Source of the DNA: Granulicella sp.
GTDB lineage: Bacteria > Acidobacteriota > Terriglobia > Terriglobales > Acidobacteriaceae
Direction: 5' to 3'
Length of the DNA: 64,000 nt
Assembly (NCBI GenBank): GCA_027335345.1
Contig: DAHWOF010000204.1
Location: 17,245-81,244 of the forward strand
Made by a program: the position numbers and the translations under genes. Every line of letters begins with the position of its first letter. Positions within the stretch are counted from its first letter, which is position 1. Shown here piece after piece: positions 10,752-20,480 of the stretch. The notes beneath the pieces were generated by a model, which saw only the letters and a list, made by a program, of their open reading frames with translations, did not search any database and was not told the origin of the DNA.

Positions 10752-11494
10752 GAGCCATTCTTGTTCTTTGCATCCGGCAGTTGAAACGCTATATCCGGTC
10801 TCCGGCGCGCATCGTTGGGTCGCTAGGCCAGCCAGTGATCTTTTTGCTGGCGCTCGGCTTTGGCATCGGTTCGGTGTTCCGCAGGGCCGGCTCGGGCAAC
10901 TACCTGAGCTTTCTGGCTCCGGGAATCATCGTGATGGGTATCATGTTCACGGCGGTGTTCTCCGGGATCGAGATCATCTGGGACCGTCAGTTTGGCTTCC
11001 TCAAGGAGACGCTGGTGGCGCCGGTCTCCCGGCTGCAGATTGTTCTTGGACGGGTGCTGGGCGGCGCGATCGTCGCTATCCTGCAGGGCTTTGCCGTCTT
11101 TCTGGTGTGCGTGGCCTTTGGCTTCCGGGTTCACCAGATGATGATGGCGCCGCTGGCCATGGTCTTCATGTTCCTGATCGCCATCCTGTTCACCTCCATC
11201 GGCACGGCGATCGGCTCTGTGCTGCAGGATATGCAGGGCTTTCCGCTGGTGATGAACTTTCTGGTGATGCCGCTGTTTTTCTTCTCGGATGCTCTGTTTC
11301 CCATCAAGGGTCTGCCCAAGGCTTTGGAGGGAGTTCTGCGCTTGAACCCGGTGACTTACGGGGTGGATGGTCTGCGCGGCGCGCTGATCGGGGTCTCTTC
11401 GTTCCACTTCCTCACCGATTTGGGAGTCCTCGCCCTTTTGAGCGCCATCCTGCTTGCTCTTGGCAGCTATTTGTTCGCGAAGATTCAGTTGTGA
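10748..11494 (+). CDS. ABC-2 (DrrB-like) permease
   Basis: About 6 TM segments, WDRQFGFLKETLVAPVSR, NPVTYGVD; ATGA overlap with the ATPase gene. Confidence 0.92.
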   Translation: MRAILVLCIRQLKRYIRSPARIVGSLGQPVIFLLALGFGIGSVFRRAGSGNYLSFLAPGIIVMGIMFTAVFSGIEIIWDRQFGFLKETLVAPVSRLQIVLGRVLGGAIVAILQGFAVFLVCVAFGFRVHQMMMAPLAMVFMFLIAILFTSIGTAIGSVLQDMQGFPLVMNFLVMPLFFFSDALFPIKGLPKALEGVLRLNPVTYGVDGLRGALIGVSSFHFLTDLGVLALLSAILLALGSYLFAKIQL

Positions 11495-11633
11495 GATCTC
11501 CGGCGCGGAGGGTGGAGCGCGCTCTCTGATCAGCGCCCGTCCGTCGGCTCCCAGCCCGGTGAGCCGGGGTTCGGTCGTTTGACTTTATCTCTTCGGGAGG
11601 GCAGTGAGCGGCTCTCCGGTCGCTCCTGCGGTT

Positions 11634-13010
11634 TCAGATCGCAAGGGAATCTTCGCGCAGGCGCTGCTCTCTGGAGGCTGAGGCGTAGCCTGAGACGGCA
11701 TAGGCTACCGCGGCTGCAATCAGCGCTGGAACGATGAAGGCGTGTCCTCCGGTGGCCTCGGCCACAAAGACCACCGCGGCCAGCGGCGTCTTGTAGCCCG
11801 CTGACAAGAAGGCGGCCATCCCCACTGCGGCATACAGGCCGGGGTTTGCGCTGTGCGCGATGGCCTGCGCAAAGGCCGTTCCCAGGGTTCCACCGGTAAG
11901 GAAGAGCGGAACGAACATGGCGCTGACCCCACCCGTGCCCAGCGTGGCCATGGTGGCGCCGAGTTTGAGCGCAGCGAAGGAGAGCAGCTCCGCGGTGGCG
12001 TGATGCTGGTTGAGAATCATCCCCACGGCCTCATAGTTTGGGCCCAGCGGCGTAAGACGGCCGGGGTAGAGCCGCAGAAAGGCCAGGCCGCAGAGCCCGG
12101 TCAGCAGTCCTCCGATCCCCATCTTGACCCAGTGGGGCAAACGAGCGCGGACAGCGAAGCTGCGCACGCGGCGAAAGGCGATGACGAAGAGCAGGGCGAT
12201 CAGGCCGATCAGCAGACCGAGGAGCGCGCTCCAGTAGATATCCGCCCGGGTGTAGGAGCCGACACTGTGGAAGCCGAAGAGCGGTTTGGCCCCCAGAAAG
12301 ACGCTGAGGGTTACGAAGGCCACCACGGATGCGATGAGCGACGGCGCGAGCGCCTCGTAGGCCATCTCGTCGAGAAAGGGCATCTCCAGCGCAAAGACGA
12401 TGCCGGTGAGAGGCGCCCGGAAGACGGCGGACATTCCGGCGGCGGCTCCGCAGATGAGCATGATGCGGCGCTCGCGGTCGCTGAGAGGGAAGCGGCGCAG
12501 CTTGTTCCACAGCCCGGAGCCGATGGCTCCGCCGCCATAGATGCTGGGACCCTCCAGTGCGGCGCTTCCGCCCGAGCCTACCGTGGCGATGGCGGCGGAG
12601 ATCTTGGGGAAGAAGCTGCAAAGATCCATTCGGCCTCCATGCTCGTGATAGGAGCGGATCACCTCCTCGGTGGAGTGCTCATTGGGATCAGGAGTCAACT
12701 TCTGCATGATGAGGCCTGCCAGCACGGATCCCAGCACCAGGCCGGGCACGATGGTCCAGTGGTGGTCCAGGTAGATGCTCAGGACGGCCGGCCACAGCCA
12801 GTTCAAAAGGACCACCACGATCCCGGTGATGGCCAGGCCCGTGACTAACCCGACGATGGGGGCCAGAAGCAGACACTTGGGCTGATGGTAGGCATAGGCG
12901 TGGCTAAGGTCTTCACGCACCATACGAAGCAGGCGGTCGAAGATCGGACGAAACGGAAGAGAAGCCTGAAGCCGGCTGGTCCGGCGATTGGAGGAATCTT
13001 GAGAGCTCAT
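11634..13010 (-). CDS. ClC-family anion channel/transporter without CBS domains
   Basis: Multi-TM; GSAALEGP, GAAAGMSAVFRAPLTG, MFVP, KTPLAAVVFVAE motifs. Confidence 0.88.
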   Translation of the reverse strand: MSSQDSSNRRTSRLQASLPFRPIFDRLLRMVREDLSHAYAYHQPKCLLLAPIVGLVTGLAITGIVVVLLNWLWPAVLSIYLDHHWTIVPGLVLGSVLAGLIMQKLTPDPNEHSTEEVIRSYHEHGGRMDLCSFFPKISAAIATVGSGGSAALEGPSIYGGGAIGSGLWNKLRRFPLSDRERRIMLICGAAAGMSAVFRAPLTGIVFALEMPFLDEMAYEALAPSLIASVVAFVTLSVFLGAKPLFGFHSVGSYTRADIYWSALLGLLIGLIALLFVIAFRRVRSFAVRARLPHWVKMGIGGLLTGLCGLAFLRLYPGRLTPLGPNYEAVGMILNQHHATAELLSFAALKLGATMATLGTGGVSAMFVPLFLTGGTLGTAFAQAIAHSANPGLYAAVGMAAFLSAGYKTPLAAVVFVAEATGGHAFIVPALIAAAVAYAVSGYASASREQRLREDSLAI

Positions 13011-13528
13011 AAGGTCTTTTCTCGGCGGTATTTGAGGCTGGATGCCGGCGGAGGGCTTTGGGTGGGCTTCCGGTTCCCGGTCCTCGGGCTGGCAGCTTTC
13101 AGCCTTGCGGGTTTCGGGGTCTGCTGCAGCGCCTCGGCGCTGGAGACAATCACGGCGCGCACTCGCTCGACCTCTTCATGGTGCAGGCGGCTGAGCCGGA
13201 GGAGAATTCCCTGGCCTCGGGGCGTTAGCGAAACCAGCACCTGGCGCTGGTCTGCAGGGGAGTTACGCCTGCGCACCAGCCCGCTTTTCGCGGCCCGTTC
13301 CACCAGTCCTACAACGGAGTTGTTGCGCTCCTGGAGAAACTCGGCCAGTTGGGAGATGGTGGCTACGCCGCTCTCTGAGAATCCGGCGACGCCCAGCAGG
13401 AGCTGATGCTGTTGCGGCGTGACGCCCGCGGACCGGGCTTCCTTTTCACTGAAGCGAAGAAAGCGCCGGAGCGCATAGCGGAAGTGGGCGAGATCACGAA
13501 GCAGCTCGCGTTCTTGCGGATGGCTCAT
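13007..13528 (-). CDS. MarR-family transcriptional regulator
   Basis: FRYALRRFL, GVTPQQHQLLL, ISQLAEFLQ, DQRQVLVSLTPRG wHTH; 4-bp overlap with the ClC gene. Confidence 0.9.
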   Translation of the reverse strand: MSHPQERELLRDLAHFRYALRRFLRFSEKEARSAGVTPQQHQLLLGVAGFSESGVATISQLAEFLQERNNSVVGLVERAAKSGLVRRRNSPADQRQVLVSLTPRGQGILLRLSRLHHEEVERVRAVIVSSAEALQQTPKPARLKAASPRTGNRKPTQSPPPASSLKYRREKTL

Positions 13529-13576
13529 TCTGAGAACTCCTGGGCGGCGCTACCCTCAGGCGGCCGCCGGTCCGCC

Positions 13577-13645
13577 TTTTACATCGCAGTACAATCTAAT
13601 GTTATATCGCATTATGATCTAATTTTACATCGTATTGTGATCTTT
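13577..13645. promoter_or_regulatory. Three tandem imperfect 23-bp repeats upstream of marR (putative operators)
   Basis: ttttacatcgcagtacaatctaa / tgttatatcgcattatgatctaa / ttttacatcgtattgtgatcttt; AT-rich, about 50 bp upstream of the marR start. Confidence 0.75.
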
Positions 13646-14092
13646 TTGCCGGGCCGCTCCGAAGGCTGAGATTGGCATCTCCCGCGCTCTGTTCCAGGAG
13701 CCCTAAAGAGTCAGGCGCGCCAGGTTGCGACTGAGAGCTGCCATTGGAAGCGCGCAGCGGCTTGCCCTGCCTCCGCCGGAGTTCCATCGCAATCGGTCAG
13801 AGTCGACCGTTCGGTTCGTAGCCGGGAGACAGGGGCAAGCGCATGCAATCCGACCGTTACTCCGGAAGTCAGGGGATTCACCGATGCTTGCTACGTTGAA
13901 GATCTCCAAGGCCTTCCAAAGGACTTCTCCCAGCGAATTTCCCCTCCGAAGTAACATCCCTGGTTTCTGTAGCGTCCTGCCAAGAGGGGCAAGAGTCGCC
14001 GCAGTTTGCCGGTTCTCTGCTTGGAAAAGGGAAAAAATCCCGTGCCAGAACCTGCGAGGAGATCGATAATCTTCTCAGGAAGGATTTCGATC

Positions 14093-14998
14093 ATGGGCCT
14101 GCGCAGATCTCCGCTCTTCGTGATGGTGGCCGGGATCGTGGCTGGGGTCACCCTGGCCGGCTTGGCGGCTTTGGCAGGGATGCATAAGGGTCTGCGGAGC
14201 GTTGGCGCTGACCGGTCGAACGGCGATGGGCTGAAGCCGAAGCTGGCCAGGGTGGCTTCCGTCTCCCCCGGTGTCTCGCTGCACGGCAAAGAGCCGGAGG
14301 TCAGGTCCAAGATACGGCCTGTCTTTCTGGGTCCGGAGAGCGCATGGCCCAGACAGGGGGGTGGATGGCAGACGCCGCTGCTGGTTCCGATTCAGCTCCA
14401 GGATCCCAGCGGACTGGGAGCCGGAAAGGTGCTGGTGTCCAGCCGCAGATTGGGCGATCCGCTCTTTGCCAGAACCGTGATCCTGCTGGTTCGCTACGAC
14501 AGAAGGAGTGTGCTGGGGCTGGTTCTCAACCGGCGCAGCAAGGTGCCGATCTCGCGCGTCTTCGATCTGAAGGCGGCCAGGGACCGCAGCGATCCGGTCT
14601 ATCTTGGCGGGCCAGTGCAGCCTTCGGTAGTATTCGCCCTGATGCAGTCGCCAGTCGACGTGAAGAAGGCGGAGAGGGTCTTTGGCCAGGTGTATCTGAT
14701 CTCCGAGAAGAGCCTCTTTGAAAAGACGCTGGCGTCACGGCCGGATCCTGCCGTCTTTCATGTGTACCTGGGGTATGCGGGCTGGACGCAGCAACAACTT
14801 CAGGCCGAGGTGCGGATGGGCGCCTGGTTCATCTTTCCGGCAAGGGCGGACGAAGTGTTCAACTCTGACCCAGAGGCGCTGTGGAGCCGGATGATTCGAG
14901 AGACCGAGCTGGAGTCGGCGCAGGTGGAGCCTTTACCGGGGACTGGCTCGCCGAGGGACGGCCTTGAGCGAGCTGCCTTCGTCTTGCACCAGCCTTGA
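14093..14998 (+). CDS. YqgE/AlgH (DUF179) family protein with N-terminal hydrophobic extension
   Basis: DPLFARTVILL, GLVLNR, VYLGGPV, YLGYAGW...QLQAE...GAW; start uncertain. Confidence 0.8.
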   Translation: MGLRRSPLFVMVAGIVAGVTLAGLAALAGMHKGLRSVGADRSNGDGLKPKLARVASVSPGVSLHGKEPEVRSKIRPVFLGPESAWPRQGGGWQTPLLVPIQLQDPSGLGAGKVLVSSRRLGDPLFARTVILLVRYDRRSVLGLVLNRRSKVPISRVFDLKAARDRSDPVYLGGPVQPSVVFALMQSPVDVKKAERVFGQVYLISEKSLFEKTLASRPDPAVFHVYLGYAGWTQQQLQAEVRMGAWFIFPARADEVFNSDPEALWSRMIRETELESAQVEPLPGTGSPRDGLERAAFVLHQP

Positions 14999-15027
14999 GT
15001 AGGCTACGTGGCCTGTTCGTGCGCCGG

Positions 15028-17301
15028 TCATTGGACCTGGACCGTTGTCTGCAGCGGCAGATGCGCTGAGGAGTCTCCGGCCAGCAGAACGATGGGAGTG
15101 GCTTCCACTTCGAGCGATCGGGTGTGGCTGTCCCAGTAGGCCAGGCGCTGGGCGGGGAGGGAGATCCGCACCGTCTTGCTCTGGCCGGCGGGGACGCTGA
15201 CGCGCTGGAAACCCTCCAGCTCTTCTCCCGGGCGCGCGACCGCGGAGTGGGGATAGTGTACGTAGAGCTGCACCACGGCATCGCCGGCCCGCTGCCCGGT
15301 GTTGGTCACATCGACGCTGACGGTGATCGCGCCGTCTTTGGCGAGATGCGAGGAACTGGCGCGGAGGTTGGAGTACTTGAAGGTGGTGTAGCTGAGCCCG
15401 AAGCCGAAGGGGTAGAGCGGCTGTCCTTTGAAGTACATGTAGGTGTGGCCGTCACGGATGTTGTAATCCATCAAGGGCGGTAGCTGGCTGGCGGAGCTGG
15501 GCCAGGTCTCCACCAGATGCCCGCCGGGGTCTGCGTCGCCAAAGAGGACCCTGGCCAGGGCGGTTCCTTCGTCCTGGGAGCTCTGCGCCATGTGCAGGAT
15601 GGCAGGCAGATTCGCCTGGCTCCAGTTGATGGCGAAGGGGAAGCTGGAGACCAGAATCTCGACCGTGCGCGGGTTCACATCGAAGATCTGCTTGGCGATC
15701 TGCTCCTGGGCGAGGTGGATGCTCTCGCGGTCGCGTCCCTCGCGGCCGTCGCTGGGCGTGGTGCAGGGCAGGGTGTTGCCGCCGTCGGGGGTGTTCACCC
15801 AGGCCTGGCCCTGGTCGCCGCAGGTGGGATCGTTGCCGATGACCACGATGGCGACGTCAGAGTGGCGCGCAGCTTGCACCGCGGCCACTTCATCCTGAGG
15901 TGAGTTGTAAGGCACATAGTTGATCTTGACGTAAGGCCCCACCTCGTCGCGAATGCCCTCCAGCGGCGTTACGGCATAGGGCGGCGTTCCTCCGTACCAG
16001 TCACCGTGCACCACGTCGGCCAGGGGTCCGATCACCGCGATGGAGTGAATCTTGCTCTTGTCCAGGGGAAGGAAGTTGTTCTGGTTCTTGAGCAGGACGA
16101 CGGACTCGAGCGCCAGCTTCTGGGAGACGGAGCGATCGCGCGCCGTGTTCCAGGGCGCGGGCTGATCGCCGGTCTGGCGGATGGAGGTGTAGGGAACCAT
16201 GCTGGGTGGATCGAGCAGGCCGAGTTTGATCTCGATGCGGAACTTGCGGCGCAGCGCCTGGTCGATCTCGGACTCCGAGATCAGGCCCTGTTTTACTGCA
16301 GCGTGCATCGGGTCCTTGTAGTTATCCAGAAACTGATTGATGCCGGCCTTGAAGGATGCAACCACGGCTGCGTCCTGATTGGGGAAGAGATGGCGGGGGT
16401 CCACCAGCAGATGGATCGCGCCGCCATCGCTGGAGATTACATCCAGACCCCACTTGTCGATCAGCAGACTGCGCAGGATGGGATTGATGGCCATGGGCGT
16501 GCCGTTCCATGCGTTGTAGGAGGCCATCACGGCCTTGGCGCCGCCTTGCTGAAACCCCATGCGAAAGGGCAAAGAGTAGTACTCCCAGAAGAGCCTCTCG
16601 TCGAAGTTGGAGGAAGAGCTGGTGCGGTAGTTCTCGTTCTCATTGGCCAGGAAGTGCTTGAGCAGGGCAGCCGCCTGCCAGTATTTGGGGTTATCGCCCT
16701 GCAGCCCGTGGATGAAGGCCGTCGCCATGGTTCCGTTGAAGAAGGGATCTTCGCCGTAGACCTCCTCGCTCCGGCCCCAGCGGGGATCGCGGTCCAGATC
16801 CGACTGCGGACCCCAGAGCATGAGAATCTGGCGGTTGTACTTCGGCGTCTGGGTGATGTAGCGCGCCTCATACCCCTCGACTCCCGCCGCCTGGCGGACC
16901 AGATCCGGATCCCAGCTCTCGCCCATCCCCGGCGGCTGGGGAAACTGCGTGGTGGTGATGGGCTTGCGTGCGTAACGGGCCTGCCGCTGCACCACGCCGT
17001 GGATCCCCTCCGAGCTGCCGATGTTGGGAACGCCCAGGCGCGGCACGCCGGTGGACGTGCCCAGGCAGTCGATCTTTTCGTCCAGCGTCATGCGCGCGAG
17101 CAGATCGTCGATGCGCTTCTCGGTGGGCAGCTTCGGGTCGTCAAAGGGATAGTGCTGCAACTGCCACTGCGAGACCTGCTGCGGTGGAGGCGTGGGCCGC
17201 TGTTGGGCAGAGGCGGCAACGGTGAGGGTGAGCGCGGAGAAGAGAGCCAGGGCGGAAGGAAGCTTGAGCAAGGACTCCACCTTTCTGATCCAGCGCTGCA
17301 C
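15028..17301 (-). CDS. GH3 beta-glucosidase/beta-xylosidase, secreted
   Basis: Signal peptide; RDPRWGRSEEVYGEDP, KHF, nucleophile SSDGG, PLYPFGFGLSYT, Fn3-like C-terminus. Confidence 0.93.
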   Translation of the reverse strand: MQRWIRKVESLLKLPSALALFSALTLTVAASAQQRPTPPPQQVSQWQLQHYPFDDPKLPTEKRIDDLLARMTLDEKIDCLGTSTGVPRLGVPNIGSSEGIHGVVQRQARYARKPITTTQFPQPPGMGESWDPDLVRQAAGVEGYEARYITQTPKYNRQILMLWGPQSDLDRDPRWGRSEEVYGEDPFFNGTMATAFIHGLQGDNPKYWQAAALLKHFLANENENYRTSSSSNFDERLFWEYYSLPFRMGFQQGGAKAVMASYNAWNGTPMAINPILRSLLIDKWGLDVISSDGGAIHLLVDPRHLFPNQDAAVVASFKAGINQFLDNYKDPMHAAVKQGLISESEIDQALRRKFRIEIKLGLLDPPSMVPYTSIRQTGDQPAPWNTARDRSVSQKLALESVVLLKNQNNFLPLDKSKIHSIAVIGPLADVVHGDWYGGTPPYAVTPLEGIRDEVGPYVKINYVPYNSPQDEVAAVQAARHSDVAIVVIGNDPTCGDQGQAWVNTPDGGNTLPCTTPSDGREGRDRESIHLAQEQIAKQIFDVNPRTVEILVSSFPFAINWSQANLPAILHMAQSSQDEGTALARVLFGDADPGGHLVETWPSSASQLPPLMDYNIRDGHTYMYFKGQPLYPFGFGLSYTTFKYSNLRASSSHLAKDGAITVSVDVTNTGQRAGDAVVQLYVHYPHSAVARPGEELEGFQRVSVPAGQSKTVRISLPAQRLAYWDSHTRSLEVEATPIVLLAGDSSAHLPLQTTVQVQ

Positions 17302-17622
17302 AGGCGGATTGGCTGGACGGGAGATGCGGCGGATTAAAGCGTATCAAACAAGGGAAGTCCTGCGCACTGTTCAAGCTTTTCTGTTGTGCCGTGGCGGGAA
17401 CGCATGCCGAGGTATTCAAGCCAGTCGCGAGCCCAAACGCCGCGCTATGCAGCAGGACCGGGAGTACGCGAGAGTCCGCTCCACTCTGGCGCGGTCGCGC
17501 AAATCGTCCGGCCCGAGGCACGAGCGACGATATGTGGTGGAGCAGGCGAACTGCGGGGCCCTCCTGCGGCAAGATGCTGGCGCCAGGCGAAGCGATGAGC
17601 TGCGCCACCACGGAGCGCGGCG

Positions 17623-20007
17623 TCAGCGCAGCTGGCCGAGAACGGCCACTGGATCCCAGCCGTCGCTGCCGCGCAGCCAGTTCTCCGGGGCGAACTGCAC
17701 GGCCTGGTCCTGGGTCAACTGATGCGAGAAAGGCTCGCGCCGGGAGGGGTTGGCGCCCGGCCCGGTGGAGTGAAACTCGGCGTAGTAGGCGGTCTGGAGC
17801 GAATGGGTCTCTCCGGGATGCCACTCTCGCCAGCCGGTGGGCATAATCTGCGGTCCCATCCAGGTGTTCAGATAGACGACGCGGGCATAGGGCCGCCAAG
17901 GCCGGCCCAGATAGACGTTGCTGACGCCGGGGTCGGCGGTCAGTTTGCAGTTGTTGAAGACGTAGCCGGAGTCCTGGTCCGGAAACATCCGGCTCTGCGC
18001 GGTCAGCATCCCCTCGGGGTGCTGATTGCTGCGGATCTCGCACTGGCTGAAGACTGCCTTGGCGTCACCGAAGATGAAGTCCACATTGCCTTCGATGTAG
18101 CAGTGGTTGAAGTACTGCCGCGCGGCGGGGCAGGAAGGCTCCTTGCACGAGGCCGTGCCGGCGTAGAGCGTGTCCTGGTTCCCCAGCAGGCGGACGTTGT
18201 CAAAGATCTCCCGGTCGCCCCGCACCAGCAGCGCCACGGCCTGTGAGCCCTGGGGAAGTTCGGGGTGAGTGGCATTGAAGTTGTTCTGGAAGGTGATGTT
18301 CTGGGCCAGGAAGTCGTTGGCCAGAATGTTCACGGTGGCGGAGTGGCCAGTGCCGCCGGAGTCGCCGGCGCTCTTGCCTGCTACGACGACCGTCCGGTCC
18401 GCCTGCGGGTAGGGGCTGCGCAGAATGACGTGGGGTTTATTGACCGTAAGGACTTCGTGGTAGATTCCGGGGGCCACGGAGATGAGCCCACCCGTGTCAG
18501 GAACGGCATCCAGGGCCTGCTGAATGGAGTAGAAGTCGCCGGTGCCATCAGCAGCCACGTAGAAGGTGTGGTCCACGGGTGGAATCTGCTGGTCGAGATG
18601 AGGCGCGGTGGAGGGATCGACGAAGGGGACAAAGGCGGCGGCGCAGGAGAGCGGCTGCGCGGACGGGCTGTTGGTCTCCGCGCTGGGCTCGGAGCGCGGC
18701 TGGGCGCTGGACGCCATGGTAATGGTCACGTCCTGGCCCTGGGGCAGCAGATTGCCACGCCGCGGCCCGATGGTGATGGCGGCATCCAGCGCCTGCATGC
18801 GGGAGCGATCGAGTCCCTGAGCCGAGACGTTATCCAGCGTCAGCCCCAGCGGGTGCTGCGCATCCAGTCCGGAGAAGATGTAGTTTCCCGGGGTGAGGAC
18901 CTCGACGTTGCGCAGGACGATCTGCTGATAGATGGGCAGCCAGTCGCCGGAGAAGTCCGTGTAATGCGGGGTGATGACGATGGGGTTGGTTGCGTTGCGG
19001 ATGCAGACGTTCTCATAGGTGATCTGTTGCACCAGGCCGCCGCGGCTGGGATCGGATTTGATGCGAATGCCGTTCTGCGTTCCGTCGATGCTGAGGTTCT
19101 TCACCAGCATGTGGTCGACGCCGCCGCTGGTGCCACTGCCGATGGACATCCCATGGCCGGCGTAGAAGTGATTGTTCAGGATGGAGAGATGGGAGGACGG
19201 AAGGTCGCCGCCGGAGCCGACGGCCACCTCATCGTCCCCGTTATGAATGTTGCAGTGCGTGATGGTGACGTTGGTGGAGGAGCCGGGGTCGATGCCATCG
19301 GTGTTGCGCGCGGTGGCCGGGGTGTCAATGGTGACGCCCCAGGCGGTAAAGCCGTCGGAGCCACGCACCGCTACGTGCCCCCCGGGAGCGTTGCGCAGGG
19401 TAATCTCATACAGCGTGAATTTCTTTACCCGGTTGAGGACGATCAGGTGGGGGACCTTCTGATACAGGTCCAACAGCTTGGCCTGCATGGCCAACTGCCA
19501 CCAGGTCACCTTCTGGCCGAGCAGCGTGGCCCCGCCGCGGCCGTCGATCGCCCCCTGTCCCATGATGCCGCTGTTGGCGATGCCGTCGCCCCGGATGAAG
19601 GGCTTGCAACCCTCCCCATGCGGCCCCAGAACGCCACAACTGCCCGGCGCCAGGTCGTAGACCCGGGGGTTCGTAGAGGCGGCCAGGAGCGTGCCCGGGC
19701 CAACCACCAGGGTGACTCCGGAGCGCAGCGTCAAGGGGCCGGAGAGAAAGACCTGTGCGTCGGCGCTGGATTGCAGCACCACAGCCTGACCCGTGGGGCA
19801 CAGGTCCATGGCCCGCTGGATGCGAGCGGTGTCCAGATGGTCTTCAGCACTGGCGGGCAGATGCCCGTTGGCGGCGGCCAGGCTCGCATGAAGGACGGTG
19901 CAGGCCTGGGGAATGCGGGGCTGAGTGACGTGGCGCAGATCCTGAGCGTGCAGCGTGGCGGCCAGAGAGAGAAGCAGCAGGGAATGCGACCAGCGAAGGT
20001 TGGGCAT
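17623..20007 (-). CDS. GH28 polygalacturonase - CE8 pectin methylesterase fusion
   Basis: Signal peptide; GH28 motifs NTDG, GDD, GHG, RIK; CE8 motifs QAVAL, QDTLY, DFIFG, LGRPW. Confidence 0.92.
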   Translation of the reverse strand: MPNLRWSHSLLLLSLAATLHAQDLRHVTQPRIPQACTVLHASLAAANGHLPASAEDHLDTARIQRAMDLCPTGQAVVLQSSADAQVFLSGPLTLRSGVTLVVGPGTLLAASTNPRVYDLAPGSCGVLGPHGEGCKPFIRGDGIANSGIMGQGAIDGRGGATLLGQKVTWWQLAMQAKLLDLYQKVPHLIVLNRVKKFTLYEITLRNAPGGHVAVRGSDGFTAWGVTIDTPATARNTDGIDPGSSTNVTITHCNIHNGDDEVAVGSGGDLPSSHLSILNNHFYAGHGMSIGSGTSGGVDHMLVKNLSIDGTQNGIRIKSDPSRGGLVQQITYENVCIRNATNPIVITPHYTDFSGDWLPIYQQIVLRNVEVLTPGNYIFSGLDAQHPLGLTLDNVSAQGLDRSRMQALDAAITIGPRRGNLLPQGQDVTITMASSAQPRSEPSAETNSPSAQPLSCAAAFVPFVDPSTAPHLDQQIPPVDHTFYVAADGTGDFYSIQQALDAVPDTGGLISVAPGIYHEVLTVNKPHVILRSPYPQADRTVVVAGKSAGDSGGTGHSATVNILANDFLAQNITFQNNFNATHPELPQGSQAVALLVRGDREIFDNVRLLGNQDTLYAGTASCKEPSCPAARQYFNHCYIEGNVDFIFGDAKAVFSQCEIRSNQHPEGMLTAQSRMFPDQDSGYVFNNCKLTADPGVSNVYLGRPWRPYARVVYLNTWMGPQIMPTGWREWHPGETHSLQTAYYAEFHSTGPGANPSRREPFSHQLTQDQAVQFAPENWLRGSDGWDPVAVLGQLR

Positions 20008-20480
20008 GGAAGGGCGAGAAGCTCCTGTGACGTGGAGGTGAGCGCGCCGGGCGTTGGATTTTGGCGCTCAGTTTCAGTAAAGGTGGCTAAGAGGATAGAC
20101 CACCGACGCCATGCTATCTTTCCGTCGGCGCGGGGGTCAAGGCGCCGGGCAACCGGGACGAAGACCGGCGAACGACGGTTGGTGCATGGATCAGACCGCC
20201 TTTGCTGGAGCCGCGACGGAATGGGGCGGGAGGCGGCATCTGCGGCAACGCCTGGTCTGAGATTGACATGCGCTGCAAGGGGTTGATATGGTCGGATGCG
20301 CACGGAGAATCAGGTCAGACCTCGCCCGCGGTTCAGCCGAGTATCCGGGATCGAAGGGCGGGAGCGAAGCGAGAGAGACGGAACCGTTCTGCCTCGCGCC
20401 GGTCCGCTTGGCAGGCTCGCGTGCGGGAGTGCGGAGATTGGGCGAGACCGGCATTCCGGGAGAGGGAGGGCGGCTATTCC

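Noticed and set aside
13577-13645. Possible mini-CRISPR
   Set aside because: Repeats are contiguous with no spacers, and no cas genes are present
18265-20286. 673-aa plus-strand ORF
   Set aside because: Antisense shadow of the GH28-CE8 gene; no motifs
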